A program made the translations under genes and the position numbers. From Thermoanaerobaculia bacterium (GTDB taxonomy: Bacteria > Acidobacteriota > Thermoanaerobaculia > Multivoradales > UBA5704), in the NCBI GenBank assembly GCA_036399915.1, contig DASWME010000254.1, positions 303-64,302 of the forward strand: DNA of 64,000 nt, given 5' to 3'. Positions within the stretch are counted from its first letter, which is position 1. Every line of letters begins with the position of its first letter. Below are positions 27,664 to 36,501 of this stretch, in pieces. The notes beneath the pieces were generated by a model that did not search any database, was not told the DNA's origin, and saw nothing but the letters and a program-made list of their open reading frames with translations.

Positions 27664-27959
27664 TGGAAACGGGACAGAACATGGGCGAAACAGGACACGA
27701 CCCATGCAGAGCAGGACCGCGCCTTCTGTTCATGGCGGCCCGATCCAGAGGAAACCGGACCGGACTCAGTAAGGTCGAGACAAGAGCTGCTCGGAATCGG
27801 ACCGGCTCTCGACCGTTGCGGACAGAACCCATTGCGCTGCGCGCCGCGACTCCGTAAGGTCAGGACAGTTTTCAGTAAGACGAGACACGATTCACTAAGG
27901 TGCGGACAGGGTCCACAGCGTTGCTTAGGGCAAGCTGTCTCGATTCGGACAGCGAACCT
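27664..27959 (+). repeat. Degenerate phased direct-repeat array: ~14 slots of ~21 bp, 11 carrying a GGACA/GGACC/aGACA core
   Basis: Core starts at 27672, 27693, 27714, 27757, 27778, 27799, 27820, 27863, 27883, 27904 and 27947, giving intervals 21,21,43,21,21,21,43,20,21,43. There are two flank sub-families, GAAAC-N-GGAC and TAAGGT-NN-GGACA. It lies in the 481-bp plsC-apbC spacer. Confidence 0.7.
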
Positions 27960-28063
27960 ACGCGCCGCGGCGGGCGCGGCGGACCGGCTGGTCCGAGGAA
28001 ACCGTACCCGTGTGGTACGCTTTCCTGGATCGGCTCAGGGTCGATCGAAAGGAACCTCTGGGT

Positions 28064-29155
28064 ATGGCAGCAGATCTCGAATCCAAGGTGTGGGACGCCC
28101 TGAAGACGGTGAAGTTCCCCGGCATGAGCCGGGACATCGTCTCCTTCGGCTTCGTGCACCAGGTCAGGGCTTCCGCCGGCAGCGTGTCCGTGGACCTGCA
28201 GATGTCCACGCACAACCCGGCCGCGGGCGAGAAGGTGAAGGGCGAGGTCGAGCGGGTGCTCGGGGCTCTTCCCGAGGTCCAGGACGTGCGGGTGAATCTC
28301 AATGTCGTCAAGCCGCCCGCCCGCGAGGAGTCGGCCCAGCGGGCGGTCTCCCAGGACGCCGCGCTGATCCCCGAGGTCAAGCACGTGGTGGCGGTCGCCT
28401 CCGGCAAGGGCGGCGTGGGCAAGTCCACGGTAGCGGCCAACCTGGCGGTCGCCCTTGCCCAGCTCGGCTACCGGGTGGGCCTGCTCGACGCGGACATCTA
28501 CGGCCCTTCGGTGCCCACCATGTTCGGCATCGCCGAGAAGCCCCGGGTGGTGGGCAATCGCATCCACCCCTTCTTCAAGCATGGCGTCACGGTGATGTCG
28601 CTCGGCTTCATCCTGGAGACGGACACGCCGGTCATCTGGCGCGGCCCCATGGTCATGCGCGCCATCGAGCAGATGCTGGGCGACGTGGAGTGGGGGGCGC
28701 TCGACTACCTGGTGCTCGACCTGCCGCCGGGCACGGGCGACGCGCAGCTCACGGTGACGCAGCGCATCCCCCTCTCGGGCGCGGTGATCGTGACCACGCC
28801 GCAGGACGTGGCCCTGATCGACGCCAGGAAGGGGCTCGCCATGTTCCGCAAGGTGAACGTGCCGGTGATCGGCATCATCGAGAACATGTCCACCTTCGTC
28901 TGCCCCCACTGCGGCCGCGAGACCGACGTCTTCAAGCGGGGCGGCGGCGAGCGGACGGCCGATTTTCTGGGCACGGCCTTCCTGGGCTCGATCCCCCTCG
29001 ATCCCAAGATCGTCCTCGGCGGCGACGCCGGCGTGCCCATCACGGTGGCCGAGCCCCGGGGGCCGCACGCCGATGCTTTCCGCAAGGTCGCCGAGGCGGT
29101 GGTCGAGGAGGTCGCCCGGCAGGAAGAGCTGCGGCCGAAGCTCTCCATCGTCTAG
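28064..29155 (+). CDS. apbC: Fe-S cluster carrier ATPase Mrp/ApbC
   Basis: N-terminal DUF59-like domain, VASGKGGVGKST (deviant Walker A) and CPHCG. Start at ATG 28064 (MAADLESKV). Confidence 0.9.
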   Translation: MAADLESKVWDALKTVKFPGMSRDIVSFGFVHQVRASAGSVSVDLQMSTHNPAAGEKVKGEVERVLGALPEVQDVRVNLNVVKPPAREESAQRAVSQDAALIPEVKHVVAVASGKGGVGKSTVAANLAVALAQLGYRVGLLDADIYGPSVPTMFGIAEKPRVVGNRIHPFFKHGVTVMSLGFILETDTPVIWRGPMVMRAIEQMLGDVEWGALDYLVLDLPPGTGDAQLTVTQRIPLSGAVIVTTPQDVALIDARKGLAMFRKVNVPVIGIIENMSTFVCPHCGRETDVFKRGGGERTADFLGTAFLGSIPLDPKIVLGGDAGVPITVAEPRGPHADAFRKVAEAVVEEVARQEELRPKLSIV

Positions 29156-29158
29156 TCG

Positions 29159-29836
29159 ATGTCCGTCGCCCTGATCGCGGATGCTCACCTGGGTGGGCCG
29201 GGCGGCCCGGCCGGCCCGCTCGTCTCGCAGCTCGCGGCTCTGCCCGCCCAGGGGTGCCGCCGCCTGGTGGTGATGGGAGACCTCTTCCAGGCCTGGGTGG
29301 GGTTCTCCCGCTTCGAGACCGCGGAGGTCGCCGCCGTGGTCGCTGCCCTGCGGAGGCTCCGCGAGCGGGGGACCGAGGTCGATTACATCGAGGGCAATCG
29401 CGACTTCTTCCTCGCCGGCAGCCCCTACGCCGACGCCTTCGACCGGATCGGCCTGGAGATGGCCTTCGAGGTTGGCGGTGTCCGCTATCTGGCCGTGCAC
29501 GGCGACGGGCTGAACGACCGGGACTGGAAATACCGCTTCTGGCGGTGGCTGTCGAAGAGCGCTGCCGTCCGCTTCCTGGTCCGCAACACCCCCCGCGGGC
29601 TCGCCCATCGCATGGTCCACTCCACGGAGCGGCGGCTCTCGCAGACCAACTTCAGGCACCGGGCCGCTCTCCCCGAGGAGGCGATCCGCCGCTACGCCGA
29701 GCGGCGGCTGGCCGAAGGGCACGACGTGCTCCTCCTGGGCCATTTCCACGAGCCCCGCGTCTGGAAGGTCCGGGGCGGCGAGGTCCGTCTGCTCGATGCC
29801 TGGTTCAGGACCCGCGCCGTGGAGTGGCTGCGGTAA
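29159..29836 (+). CDS. LpxH-like metallophosphoesterase (UDP-2,3-diacylglucosamine hydrolase family)
   Basis: LIADAHLG, VVMGDLFQAWVG, EGNRDFF and LGHFH motifs. Confidence 0.75.
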   Translation: MSVALIADAHLGGPGGPAGPLVSQLAALPAQGCRRLVVMGDLFQAWVGFSRFETAEVAAVVAALRRLRERGTEVDYIEGNRDFFLAGSPYADAFDRIGLEMAFEVGGVRYLAVHGDGLNDRDWKYRFWRWLSKSAAVRFLVRNTPRGLAHRMVHSTERRLSQTNFRHRAALPEEAIRRYAERRLAEGHDVLLLGHFHEPRVWKVRGGEVRLLDAWFRTRAVEWLR

Positions 29837-29848
29837 ACTCCCCCTCCC

Positions 29849-30607
29849 ATGTCTCTGCGCGTGACGATGCTGGGCAGCGGGACCTCGACGGGGGTCCCGG
29901 TGATCGGCTGCACGTGCCAGGTCTGCCGGTCCGGGAACCCGCGCAACAAGCGGTGGCGCCCGGGGCTGAAGCTGGAGCTGGAGGAGAGAGTCGTGCTCGT
30001 GGACACGCCCACCGACCTGCGCGAGCAGGCGTTGCGCTTCGGGCTCCCGCGCGTGGACGCCATCATCTTCACGCATTCCCACGCCGACCATATCTTCGGG
30101 CTCGACGACGTGCGGATCTTCAACTTCCGGCAGCGCGCCGCCATCCCCTGCTACGGCTCGGAGGAGACCCTGCGCAGCATCCGACGGGCGTTCGCCTACG
30201 TCTTCGAGCCAGGGCAGGCGGGGGGTGGCAAACCGCAGCTCGATCTCATCCCGATCCGCGAGCCCTTCGAGTTGCTGGGGCGGACGTTCGTACCCGTCCC
30301 CGTCTGGCACGGCGAGATGGAGGTCTTCGGCTACCGGATCGGCGGCTTCGCCTACGTGACGGACTGCAACCGGATCCCCGACGCAAGCTTCGAGCTGCTC
30401 GCGGGCGTCGAAGTGCTGATCCTGGACGCCTTGCGCCACCGCTCCCACTCGACGCACTTCTCGGTGGAGGAGGCGGTCGAGGTGGCACGGCGGATCGGCG
30501 CCCGCCGCACGATCTTCACCCACATGACCCACGAGGTGGATCAGGACGATCCCCTCCCACCGGGCGTGGAGTTCGGCTATGACGGCCTCGTCTTCGACGC
30601 CAAGTGA
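29849..30607 (+). CDS. MBL-fold metallo-hydrolase (PhnP-like)
   Basis: MLGSGTSTGVPVIGCTCQVC and FTHSHADHIFGLDD. Confidence 0.8.
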   Translation: MSLRVTMLGSGTSTGVPVIGCTCQVCRSGNPRNKRWRPGLKLELEERVVLVDTPTDLREQALRFGLPRVDAIIFTHSHADHIFGLDDVRIFNFRQRAAIPCYGSEETLRSIRRAFAYVFEPGQAGGGKPQLDLIPIREPFELLGRTFVPVPVWHGEMEVFGYRIGGFAYVTDCNRIPDASFELLAGVEVLILDALRHRSHSTHFSVEEAVEVARRIGARRTIFTHMTHEVDQDDPLPPGVEFGYDGLVFDAK

Positions 30608-31871
30608 GCCGTTCGCGGTGCCCAGCGGCCGGCGGGCGCGGGGGCGGCTGCGGGTGCCCTCGTCCAAGAGCCTGACCCACCGCTACTTCAACCTGGCGCT
30701 GCTCTCGGGCTCGCCGCTGGTCATCGAGCGCCCCCTGTTCGCGGAAGACACGCGCCTCTTCCTCGCTGCCCTGGGCCGCTGCGGCTTCCAGGTAGAGGAG
30801 GAGGGAGACGAGGTGCGCCTCACGCCGGGGGAGCGTCCTGCGGGCGAGGTCGAGATCTTCTGCGGCAACGCCGGCACGATGCTCCGCTTCCTGGTCGCCT
30901 CCCTGACGGTGGTTCCGGGCCGCTGGCGGCTCGACGGCGTGCCGCGCCTGCGCGAGCGGCCGGTGGGCCCCCTGGTGGACGCCCTCCGCCGGCTGGGCGC
31001 CCGCGTCGAGTACCTGGAAGCCGAGGGCCGCGTGCCGTTGGCGGTCGCGGGCGGCAGCCTGCGCGGCGGCGCCACCACGCTCGACGCCGGCGAATCGAGC
31101 CAGTACCTCTCGGCGATCCTGATGGCGGCCCTGCGGGCGCCGTCGGAGGTGGTGGTGGAGGTCCCCTCGCTCACGTCGCGTCCCTACGTGGACGTGACCC
31201 TCGCCGCGGCGGCGGCCTTCGACGGCCACATCGAGCGGGTGGGGCCGCGGGCCTACCGCGTCCGCCCCTCGGCGCTGCGGGGAGGCCGCGCGCGGGTGGA
31301 GGGGGACTACTCGGCCGCCTGCTACCCGGCGGCTGCGGCGGCCCTGACGGGCGGCGACGTGGTGCTCGCGGGGCTCTCTCCCGACTCCCGGCAGGGAGAC
31401 CGCGAGTTCATCGACCTGCTGGCCGAGATGGGCGCGGAGATCGGCTGGAAGGGAGGCGACCTCAAGGTCCGCGGCGGCGACCTGCGCGGGGTCAGGGCCG
31501 ACCTCTCCAACATGCCCGACCAGGTCCCGACGCTGGCCGCGCTCGCCCCCTTCGCCCGCGGCGAGACGCTGATCCACAACGTGGCCCACCTGCGGATCAA
31601 GGAGAGCGACCGCCTGGAGGCGATGGCCACGGAGCTGAAGAAGCTGGGGGCGGACGTGCGCGAGGGGCGCGACAGCCTCTGGATTCCCGGCCTGTGGAGC
31701 GGCGCCGAGCCCCCCGCTGAGACGGTCCACGTCGATCCCTGGGGCGACCACCGCATCGCCATGAGCCTCGCCCTGGTGGGCTTGCGCCGCCCGGGGGTGC
31801 TGATCGACTACCCGGAGGTGGTGGCGAAGTCGTATCCGGGGTTCTGGCGGGACCTGCGGAAGATCACGTAG
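30579..31871 (+). CDS. aroA: 3-phosphoshikimate 1-carboxyvinyltransferase (EPSP synthase)
   Basis: VPSSKSLTHRY, CGNAGTMLRF, RIKESDRL and DHRIAMSLAL. The annotated start overlaps the previous gene by 29 nt, so a downstream start is possible. Confidence 0.92.
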   Translation: MTASSSTPSEPFAVPSGRRARGRLRVPSSKSLTHRYFNLALLSGSPLVIERPLFAEDTRLFLAALGRCGFQVEEEGDEVRLTPGERPAGEVEIFCGNAGTMLRFLVASLTVVPGRWRLDGVPRLRERPVGPLVDALRRLGARVEYLEAEGRVPLAVAGGSLRGGATTLDAGESSQYLSAILMAALRAPSEVVVEVPSLTSRPYVDVTLAAAAAFDGHIERVGPRAYRVRPSALRGGRARVEGDYSAACYPAAAAALTGGDVVLAGLSPDSRQGDREFIDLLAEMGAEIGWKGGDLKVRGGDLRGVRADLSNMPDQVPTLAALAPFARGETLIHNVAHLRIKESDRLEAMATELKKLGADVREGRDSLWIPGLWSGAEPPAETVHVDPWGDHRIAMSLALVGLRRPGVLIDYPEVVAKSYPGFWRDLRKIT

Positions 31872-31891
31872 ATCCGCTACAATACTCCTCA

Positions 31892-34800
31892 ATGCCTTCT
31901 CTTCCGGACACCCGCCGGGCGGCCGGTGTCGTCCATGCGTGCCTGGAGTCTCAACGGGGCGCGGTCCCGCTGGGCGACGCCCGGCTCACGGACCGGCGCA
32001 GGACCGCGGTGCTGCTCCAGGCGGCGGCTCTGCTGTCGCTCCTCGACCGGGCCGGCTGGCATCTCGCCGCCGGCTGGGACGGAGCGCGGATCGCCGCGGA
32101 CGGCCGGCTCGTCGTGGGGGAGGACGGCGTCGCGCCCGGCCGGTCGTCGCGCACGGCGCAAGGGCTGCTGCTCGACCTGACCGCCCGGCTCTTCGGCGAA
32201 GGGCCGGTCGCTGGCCGCGGGGTGGCCCGGCGCGCCGTTCGCGCCCTGCTCGATTCCTGGCAGCAATCCCTGGTGCCCCTGCCGCCGGACGAGGCGGTGA
32301 CTGGCCTTCTCGAAGAGGCCCGCTTCCTCTGGGAACCGGAGCACGCCGCGGACCGTGGAACCCTGGCCGGCGCCATAGACCGTGACGGCGGCTCCCGCCT
32401 CTGGGTGGCGGGCCCACGGCGCCTGCGCGAGCGGCTCCTCGCCCGGTGCCGCTCGGCCGCGGAGCTGCGCGACCTGCTCGCGGGGCCGGAGGCGCGCGAC
32501 CTGTGGAACGGCGAGGAGGAGGGCGACCCCGTGGAGCTGGCCGCCGCCGGACGATGGCGTGCGGCGGTGGCGGTCTGGGAGCGCCGGCCGCCGGCTTCGG
32601 AGGAGGAGCGGATCGGGCTCGCCTCGGCCCAGGCGGCGCTGGGCCGCTTCGAGTCCGCCCTGGAGACGCTCGCCGGCCTGCGCTCGCCTGAGGCCCAGGC
32701 CCTCGCTGCCCGCTGCCAGCTCGACCTCAGCCAGTTCGGGGCGGCCCGGGCGTCCCTGCGCGAGCTGGAGGACGTGCCTCTACCGCCGCGCCGGATCGCC
32801 GAGCTGGCGGAGATCGCCTCTCGCATCCACGCCAACCACGGCAAGCCTGGCCGGGCCGACTTCTGGATCCGCCGGGCGCTCGACGAGACCGCCGGAGACC
32901 CATGGGCGATGCTCCAGGTCCGCCTGACCGCCGCCGGCGCGGCCTGGGACCGCGGTGACCTCGCCGCCATGGACCGCTTCCTAGAGGCTGCCCGCCCAGC
33001 CCTCGACGAGCCGGACCTCGCCTGGCGCTGGCACCACGCCCGCGCCCTGCGGGCCATGCGAGAAGAGGATGGCGGCCGGGAGGTCGTGGCGAGCGCCGCT
33101 CGCGCCCTGCGGCTGGGCCGCCGCGGACTGACGCGTCGCCAGGCCGCGGGGCTGTGGAACGACCTCGGGTTTGGACGGGCCCGGTCCGGTGACCTGCGGG
33201 GCGCCGAGCGCGCCTTCCTCCACGCCTTGCGCCTCGAGACCGGCTGCGACGGACCCCGCAAGACCACCCTCGTCCTCTCCAACCTCGCCGAGGTCCGGCT
33301 GCGCCAGGGGCGGCTCGCCGGGGTCCGGGAGATCCTGGCCCGCTCGGAGGAGGGGAACCGGCGCGCGGGCAACCTGCGCGGCCTGATGTACGACACCGCC
33401 CTGTGGGCCCGCTTCGAGCTGACGCTGGGGCGGCCCACCGCAGCCCTGGCGCTGTGCCGGGACGCTCTGGCGGAGCTGGACCGCCAGAAGCTCGATGGGC
33501 ATCGAGACGATCTGCGCCTGCTCGCTGCCCGCGCCCTCGGTTGGCTCGGCCGGCCGGAGGATGCCGCCGCCGAGCTGGCTCTCGTGCCGCCCGGCACTTC
33601 GTCTGAGCTCGAGCCCGAGGAGCGGCCTGCCCTGCGGGCGCTGGCTGGGGACCGCGAGGGGGCCCTCCGCGAGGCGGCGGGAACCCCCTTCCTGCCGCTC
33701 TGGAAGGCGCTGCTCGCGGGCGAGGTCCCGCCGGCCCGCGACTGGGAGGCGCTGGGCGAGCTGGAACCCTACCGGAGGGCGCGGCTGGTCTTCGACTGCG
33801 AGCTCCTGGTCCTCGGCTCGGCGCCCGCGCCGTGGCGGCGGGAAGCGATCGCCGTGTTGCGGACGCTCGGCGCCGTCGCCGCCGCCGAGCGGCTGGAGGC
33901 GCGGGACGGCGGGCCCTGGGCCGTCGTCGCCCTGATGCTCCGCGGGCTCGTGCGCGACGATCCGCCGGCCGAGGCCCTGCCGCCGCCCGCGCCCGAGCGG
34001 CGAGCGGAGGACCTTGTGGGGGAGAGCCCGGCCCTCCTCGCGGCGCTCGACCGCATCGCACGCCTCGCTCCCGGCGACCTGCCGGTGCTGATCCTGGGCG
34101 AGAGCGGCACGGGCAAGGAACTGGCGGCGCGGCGGCTCCATCGCCTGAGCAGGAGGACAGGCCGGGCCTTCGTGGCCGTCAACTGCGCCGCCCTCTCCGA
34201 GACGCTGCTCCTCTCTGATCTCTTCGGCCACGCCCGGGGCGCCTTCACCGGTGCGGACCGCGACCGCAAGGGGGTGTTCGAGACCGCCCACGGCGGCACG
34301 GTGTTCCTCGACGAGATCGGCGACCTCCCGCTCTCGGCGCAGGGCCTGCTGTTGCGCGTGCTGCAGGAGGGGGAGATCCGCCGCCTGGGCGAGAGCGAGC
34401 CGCGGCGGGTTGATGTGCGAGTGCTCGCGGCCACCCACCGCGACCTCGCCCGCATGGTGGAGGAGGGATCCTTCCGGCGCGATCTCTACTACCGTCTGCG
34501 TGTGGGCTGCATCGAGCTGCCGCCCCTGCGCGACCGCGGCGACGACGTGCTCCGCATCGCCGATCACTTTCTGCCGTGCTCGCCGGGCGGTTCCGCGGCG
34601 CGGCTCTCCCGGGAAGCCCGCGCCCGTCTGCTTGCCCATCGTTGGCCTGGCAATGTGCGGGAGCTTCAGAACGTGCTTTCGGTGGCCACGGCCCTGGCCG
34701 GCGACGGACCGATCGAACCCGGGCACTTGGAGCTGCCGGCCCCGGGCGATGCCCCAGAATCCTCCTATCATCAGCAGGTGGACGCGCTACGCCGGCGGCT

Positions 34801-34945
34801 CGTGTTGCAGGCGATGACCGAGTGCGGCGGCAACCGCGCCGAGGCCGCCCGGCGGCTCGGCATCTCGCGCCAGGCGCTCTCGTATTTCGTCAAGCAGCTC
34901 GGGATCGATCCGGTCCGCGGCCGTCAGGCGCCCGGCGCTTTGTAA
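31892..34945 (+). CDS. Sigma-54-dependent transcriptional activator with a ~690-aa helical-repeat (TPR-like) N-terminal region
   Basis: AAA+ core GESGTGKELAAR, GAFTGA (GHARGAFTGA), VFLDEIGDL and WPGNVRELQN. C-terminal Fis-type HTH (GGNRAEAARRLGISRQAL). No receiver domain. Confidence 0.85.
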   Translation: MPSLPDTRRAAGVVHACLESQRGAVPLGDARLTDRRRTAVLLQAAALLSLLDRAGWHLAAGWDGARIAADGRLVVGEDGVAPGRSSRTAQGLLLDLTARLFGEGPVAGRGVARRAVRALLDSWQQSLVPLPPDEAVTGLLEEARFLWEPEHAADRGTLAGAIDRDGGSRLWVAGPRRLRERLLARCRSAAELRDLLAGPEARDLWNGEEEGDPVELAAAGRWRAAVAVWERRPPASEEERIGLASAQAALGRFESALETLAGLRSPEAQALAARCQLDLSQFGAARASLRELEDVPLPPRRIAELAEIASRIHANHGKPGRADFWIRRALDETAGDPWAMLQVRLTAAGAAWDRGDLAAMDRFLEAARPALDEPDLAWRWHHARALRAMREEDGGREVVASAARALRLGRRGLTRRQAAGLWNDLGFGRARSGDLRGAERAFLHALRLETGCDGPRKTTLVLSNLAEVRLRQGRLAGVREILARSEEGNRRAGNLRGLMYDTALWARFELTLGRPTAALALCRDALAELDRQKLDGHRDDLRLLAARALGWLGRPEDAAAELALVPPGTSSELEPEERPALRALAGDREGALREAAGTPFLPLWKALLAGEVPPARDWEALGELEPYRRARLVFDCELLVLGSAPAPWRREAIAVLRTLGAVAAAERLEARDGGPWAVVALMLRGLVRDDPPAEALPPPAPERRAEDLVGESPALLAALDRIARLAPGDLPVLILGESGTGKELAARRLHRLSRRTGRAFVAVNCAALSETLLLSDLFGHARGAFTGADRDRKGVFETAHGGTVFLDEIGDLPLSAQGLLLRVLQEGEIRRLGESEPRRVDVRVLAATHRDLARMVEEGSFRRDLYYRLRVGCIELPPLRDRGDDVLRIADHFLPCSPGGSAARLSREARARLLAHRWPGNVRELQNVLSVATALAGDGPIEPGHLELPAPGDAPESSYHQQVDALRRRLVLQAMTECGGNRAEAARRLGISRQALSYFVKQLGIDPVRGRQAPGAL

Positions 34946-35436
34946 AACGCCGCGCCGCCTCCGCCGAGGCAGGAGCGCAACCGATCGGCGATCCGTTCCA
35001 GGCCTTCGCGGTCGGTCGCGTCGAAAGCTGAGGGTTGGTGCGAATCGACGTCCAGCACCGCCACCAGCTCGCCGCCCGGGTCGTAGATCGGAATCACGAC
35101 CTCCGATCGCGCTCCTTCGTCGCAGGCAATATGGCCCGGGAACGCGTGCACGTCGGGCACCACCTGCGCCGCGCGCTCGCGGGCGGCGGCGCCGCAGACG
35201 CCGCGATCGAACGGAATTTCCAGGCATCCGAGCGGCCCTTGATAAGGGCCGACGCGCAGCAGCCGCGGAGCCACCACGCGATAGAAACCGGTCCAGCTTG
35301 CGTAGGGGAGCCGTGCGTGAAGCACGCAGGCGCAGGTCGCCATCGCGGTGATCGGATCTTCCACCCCCGCCAGCACCGCGTCCAACTCGCGCCAAGCCTC
35401 ACGGTAGATCGCTTCTTTGTCGGCAGGGTCGCTCAT
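34924..35436 (-). CDS. GAF-domain protein (YebR/MsrC-like)
   Basis: 170 aa from ATG 35436. WTGFYRV...RLLRVGPYQGPLGCLEIPFDRGVCGAAA...VVPDVHAFPGHIACD pattern. The 3' end overlaps the convergent activator gene by 22 nt. Confidence 0.75.
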   Translation of the reverse strand: MSDPADKEAIYREAWRELDAVLAGVEDPITAMATCACVLHARLPYASWTGFYRVVAPRLLRVGPYQGPLGCLEIPFDRGVCGAAARERAAQVVPDVHAFPGHIACDEGARSEVVIPIYDPGGELVAVLDVDSHQPSAFDATDREGLERIADRLRSCLGGGGAAFYKAPGA

Positions 35437-35563
35437 GGTGCGCATTCTACGTGAGAAACGTCCGCCAGAGCTTTCGCTCAAGCAACCGTCGTAGAGCGAA
35501 CCCGATTCCGGTTGCTGCGAAGCCCTGCGTTGAGTCTCCGGCGGGAACTTTTCGCGGAAACCG

Positions 35564-35592
35564 TTGACATTTGGGGTTTTCTTTTTGATAAT
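35564..35592 (+). promoter_or_regulatory. Near-consensus sigma-70 promoter
   Basis: TTGACA (35564-35569), a 17-nt spacer, then GATAAT (35587-35592), 72 nt upstream of ATG 35664. Confidence 0.6.
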
Positions 35593-35663
35593 GAGCCCGG
35601 TTTATCATGAGCATCTGATCCGGGTTCACTTTTCATTTACCCCGAGGAGGCAAAGGAAACCTC

Positions 35664-36473
35664 ATGGCCGAACCTGAAACGCGCCGGAACGAGCCGGAAG
35701 GCGGCAAGCTCTACACCCTCTCCCAGATTTCGCAGAAGACCGGTATTTCGATGCCAACTCTCCAGAGATACAAGAAGACGTACCAGGGACGCATCCCTTC
35801 GGTGGGACAGGGACGCAAGCAGCGCTATCCCGAGAACGCGCTCCCGGTCTTCGACGAGATCAAGAATGAAAACGCGGGCCGGCGGGGCCGGCCGCGTAAG
35901 GATCCCAACGCTCCCCGGCCGGCGAGGTCCACGGCGAGCAAGCGCCGCGGCCGCCCTGGCCGTCCAGCCAAGTCTACCGCCGCCAAGCGCGCGGGCGGGC
36001 GCAAGGCCGCTGCGAAGCGCGTCGGCGCCACCGGTGCTCGCCGTGGGCGTCCCCCCGGGAGCGCCAAGAAGGCCCGCGGCGGGGGTGCGCGCAAGTCCGG
36101 CAATCTGCTGACGCTCACTGAGATCAGCAAGACGACCGGCATCTCCTATCCCACGCTGGTGCGCTACGTCCGGCTGCATTCGAATCGCTTGCCCCACGAG
36201 GGCAGGGGGCGCGCGCGTCGATTCTATCCCCAGGCGGTGGACGTGTTCCGTCAGCTTCGCAGCGAGAGCGGACGCGGCGGTCGCAAGAAAGGATCCGGCG
36301 CCGGCCGTCCTGGCCGCCGCCCTGGCCGTCCCGCCGGCACCGGGCGTAGACGCGCTGCGGGCGAGGGGAGCGGCGTGCTCGCGCAGCGCCTGAAAGCGAT
36401 CGAGAAGACGCAGCAGAACCTCGAGAAGAAGCTCAAGGGGCTCGTCAAGAACCTGCAGAACCTCTTCCGTTGA
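35664..36473 (+). CDS. Basic DNA-binding protein: two HTH modules plus AT-hook (RGRP) motifs and a C-terminal coiled-coil-like helix
   Basis: Internal duplication: residues 16-79 versus 148-210 (L.TL..IS.KTGIS.PTL.RY...R.P..G.GR..R.YP....VF). AT-hook cores are GRRGRPRK, KRRGRPGRP and RRGRPPG, plus GRPGRRPGRP. The C-terminus is LKAIEKTQQNLEKKLKGLVKNLQNLF. Confidence 0.7.
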   Translation: MAEPETRRNEPEGGKLYTLSQISQKTGISMPTLQRYKKTYQGRIPSVGQGRKQRYPENALPVFDEIKNENAGRRGRPRKDPNAPRPARSTASKRRGRPGRPAKSTAAKRAGGRKAAAKRVGATGARRGRPPGSAKKARGGGARKSGNLLTLTEISKTTGISYPTLVRYVRLHSNRLPHEGRGRARRFYPQAVDVFRQLRSESGRGGRKKGSGAGRPGRRPGRPAGTGRRRAAGEGSGVLAQRLKAIEKTQQNLEKKLKGLVKNLQNLFR

Positions 36474-36501
36474 TCGTTCCCGTGCCCCGCCCACTGCATC
36501 G

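Noticed and set aside
27599-27832. 77-aa minus-strand ORF (and 27444..27698) inside the plsC-apbC spacer, with PVRF/CPVS repeats
   Set aside because: The amino-acid repeats simply mirror the 21-bp DNA lattice. There is no RBS, no recognisable fold, and the second ORF overlaps the plsC 3' end.
27664-27959. Replication origin: the GGACA core equals the centre of the complement of the high-GC DnaA box TTGTCCACA, and genes diverge around 26.7 kb
   Set aside because: The best matches are only 7 of 9 (TGCGGACAG at 27817-27825 and 27901-27909; GGGTCCACA at 27909-27917), and most units match 5-6 of 9. There is no dnaA/dnaN nearby and no clear AT-rich unwinding element. Gene orientation switches many times in the window. 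It remains testable by cumulative GC skew on the full contig.
27660-28020. RNase P RNA (words GACAGAACCC at 27821-27830, GAGGAAACC at 27749-27757 and 27995-28003, and GTAAGA/AAGGTGCGG recall CR-V, CR-I and the GGUAAGAGCGCACC region)
   Set aside because: The CR-I-like and CR-V-like words are about 70 nt apart instead of about 290 nt. The P4 partners are missing: there is no AGUCCGGGC after GAGGAAA and no CCGGCUUA after ACAGAACCC. AGGGUGAAA and GGUAAAC-CCACC are also absent. The resemblance comes from the repeated GGACA/GAAAC words.
28013-28027. Sigma-54 promoter-like TGGTAC-N5-CCTG upstream of apbC
   Set aside because: The -12 element does not match TTGC(A/T), and the -24 element has a T for the conserved C. 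This is not better than chance in this composition.
27832-30667. 916-aa (+, 27832..30582) and 931-aa (-, 27872..30667) ORFs spanning apbC to aroA
   Set aside because: They are out of frame or antisense to four well-supported genes (apbC, the LpxH-like gene, the MBL hydrolase and aroA). Their composition is GC-artefact-like (RGRPGR... runs). There are no starts with an RBS.
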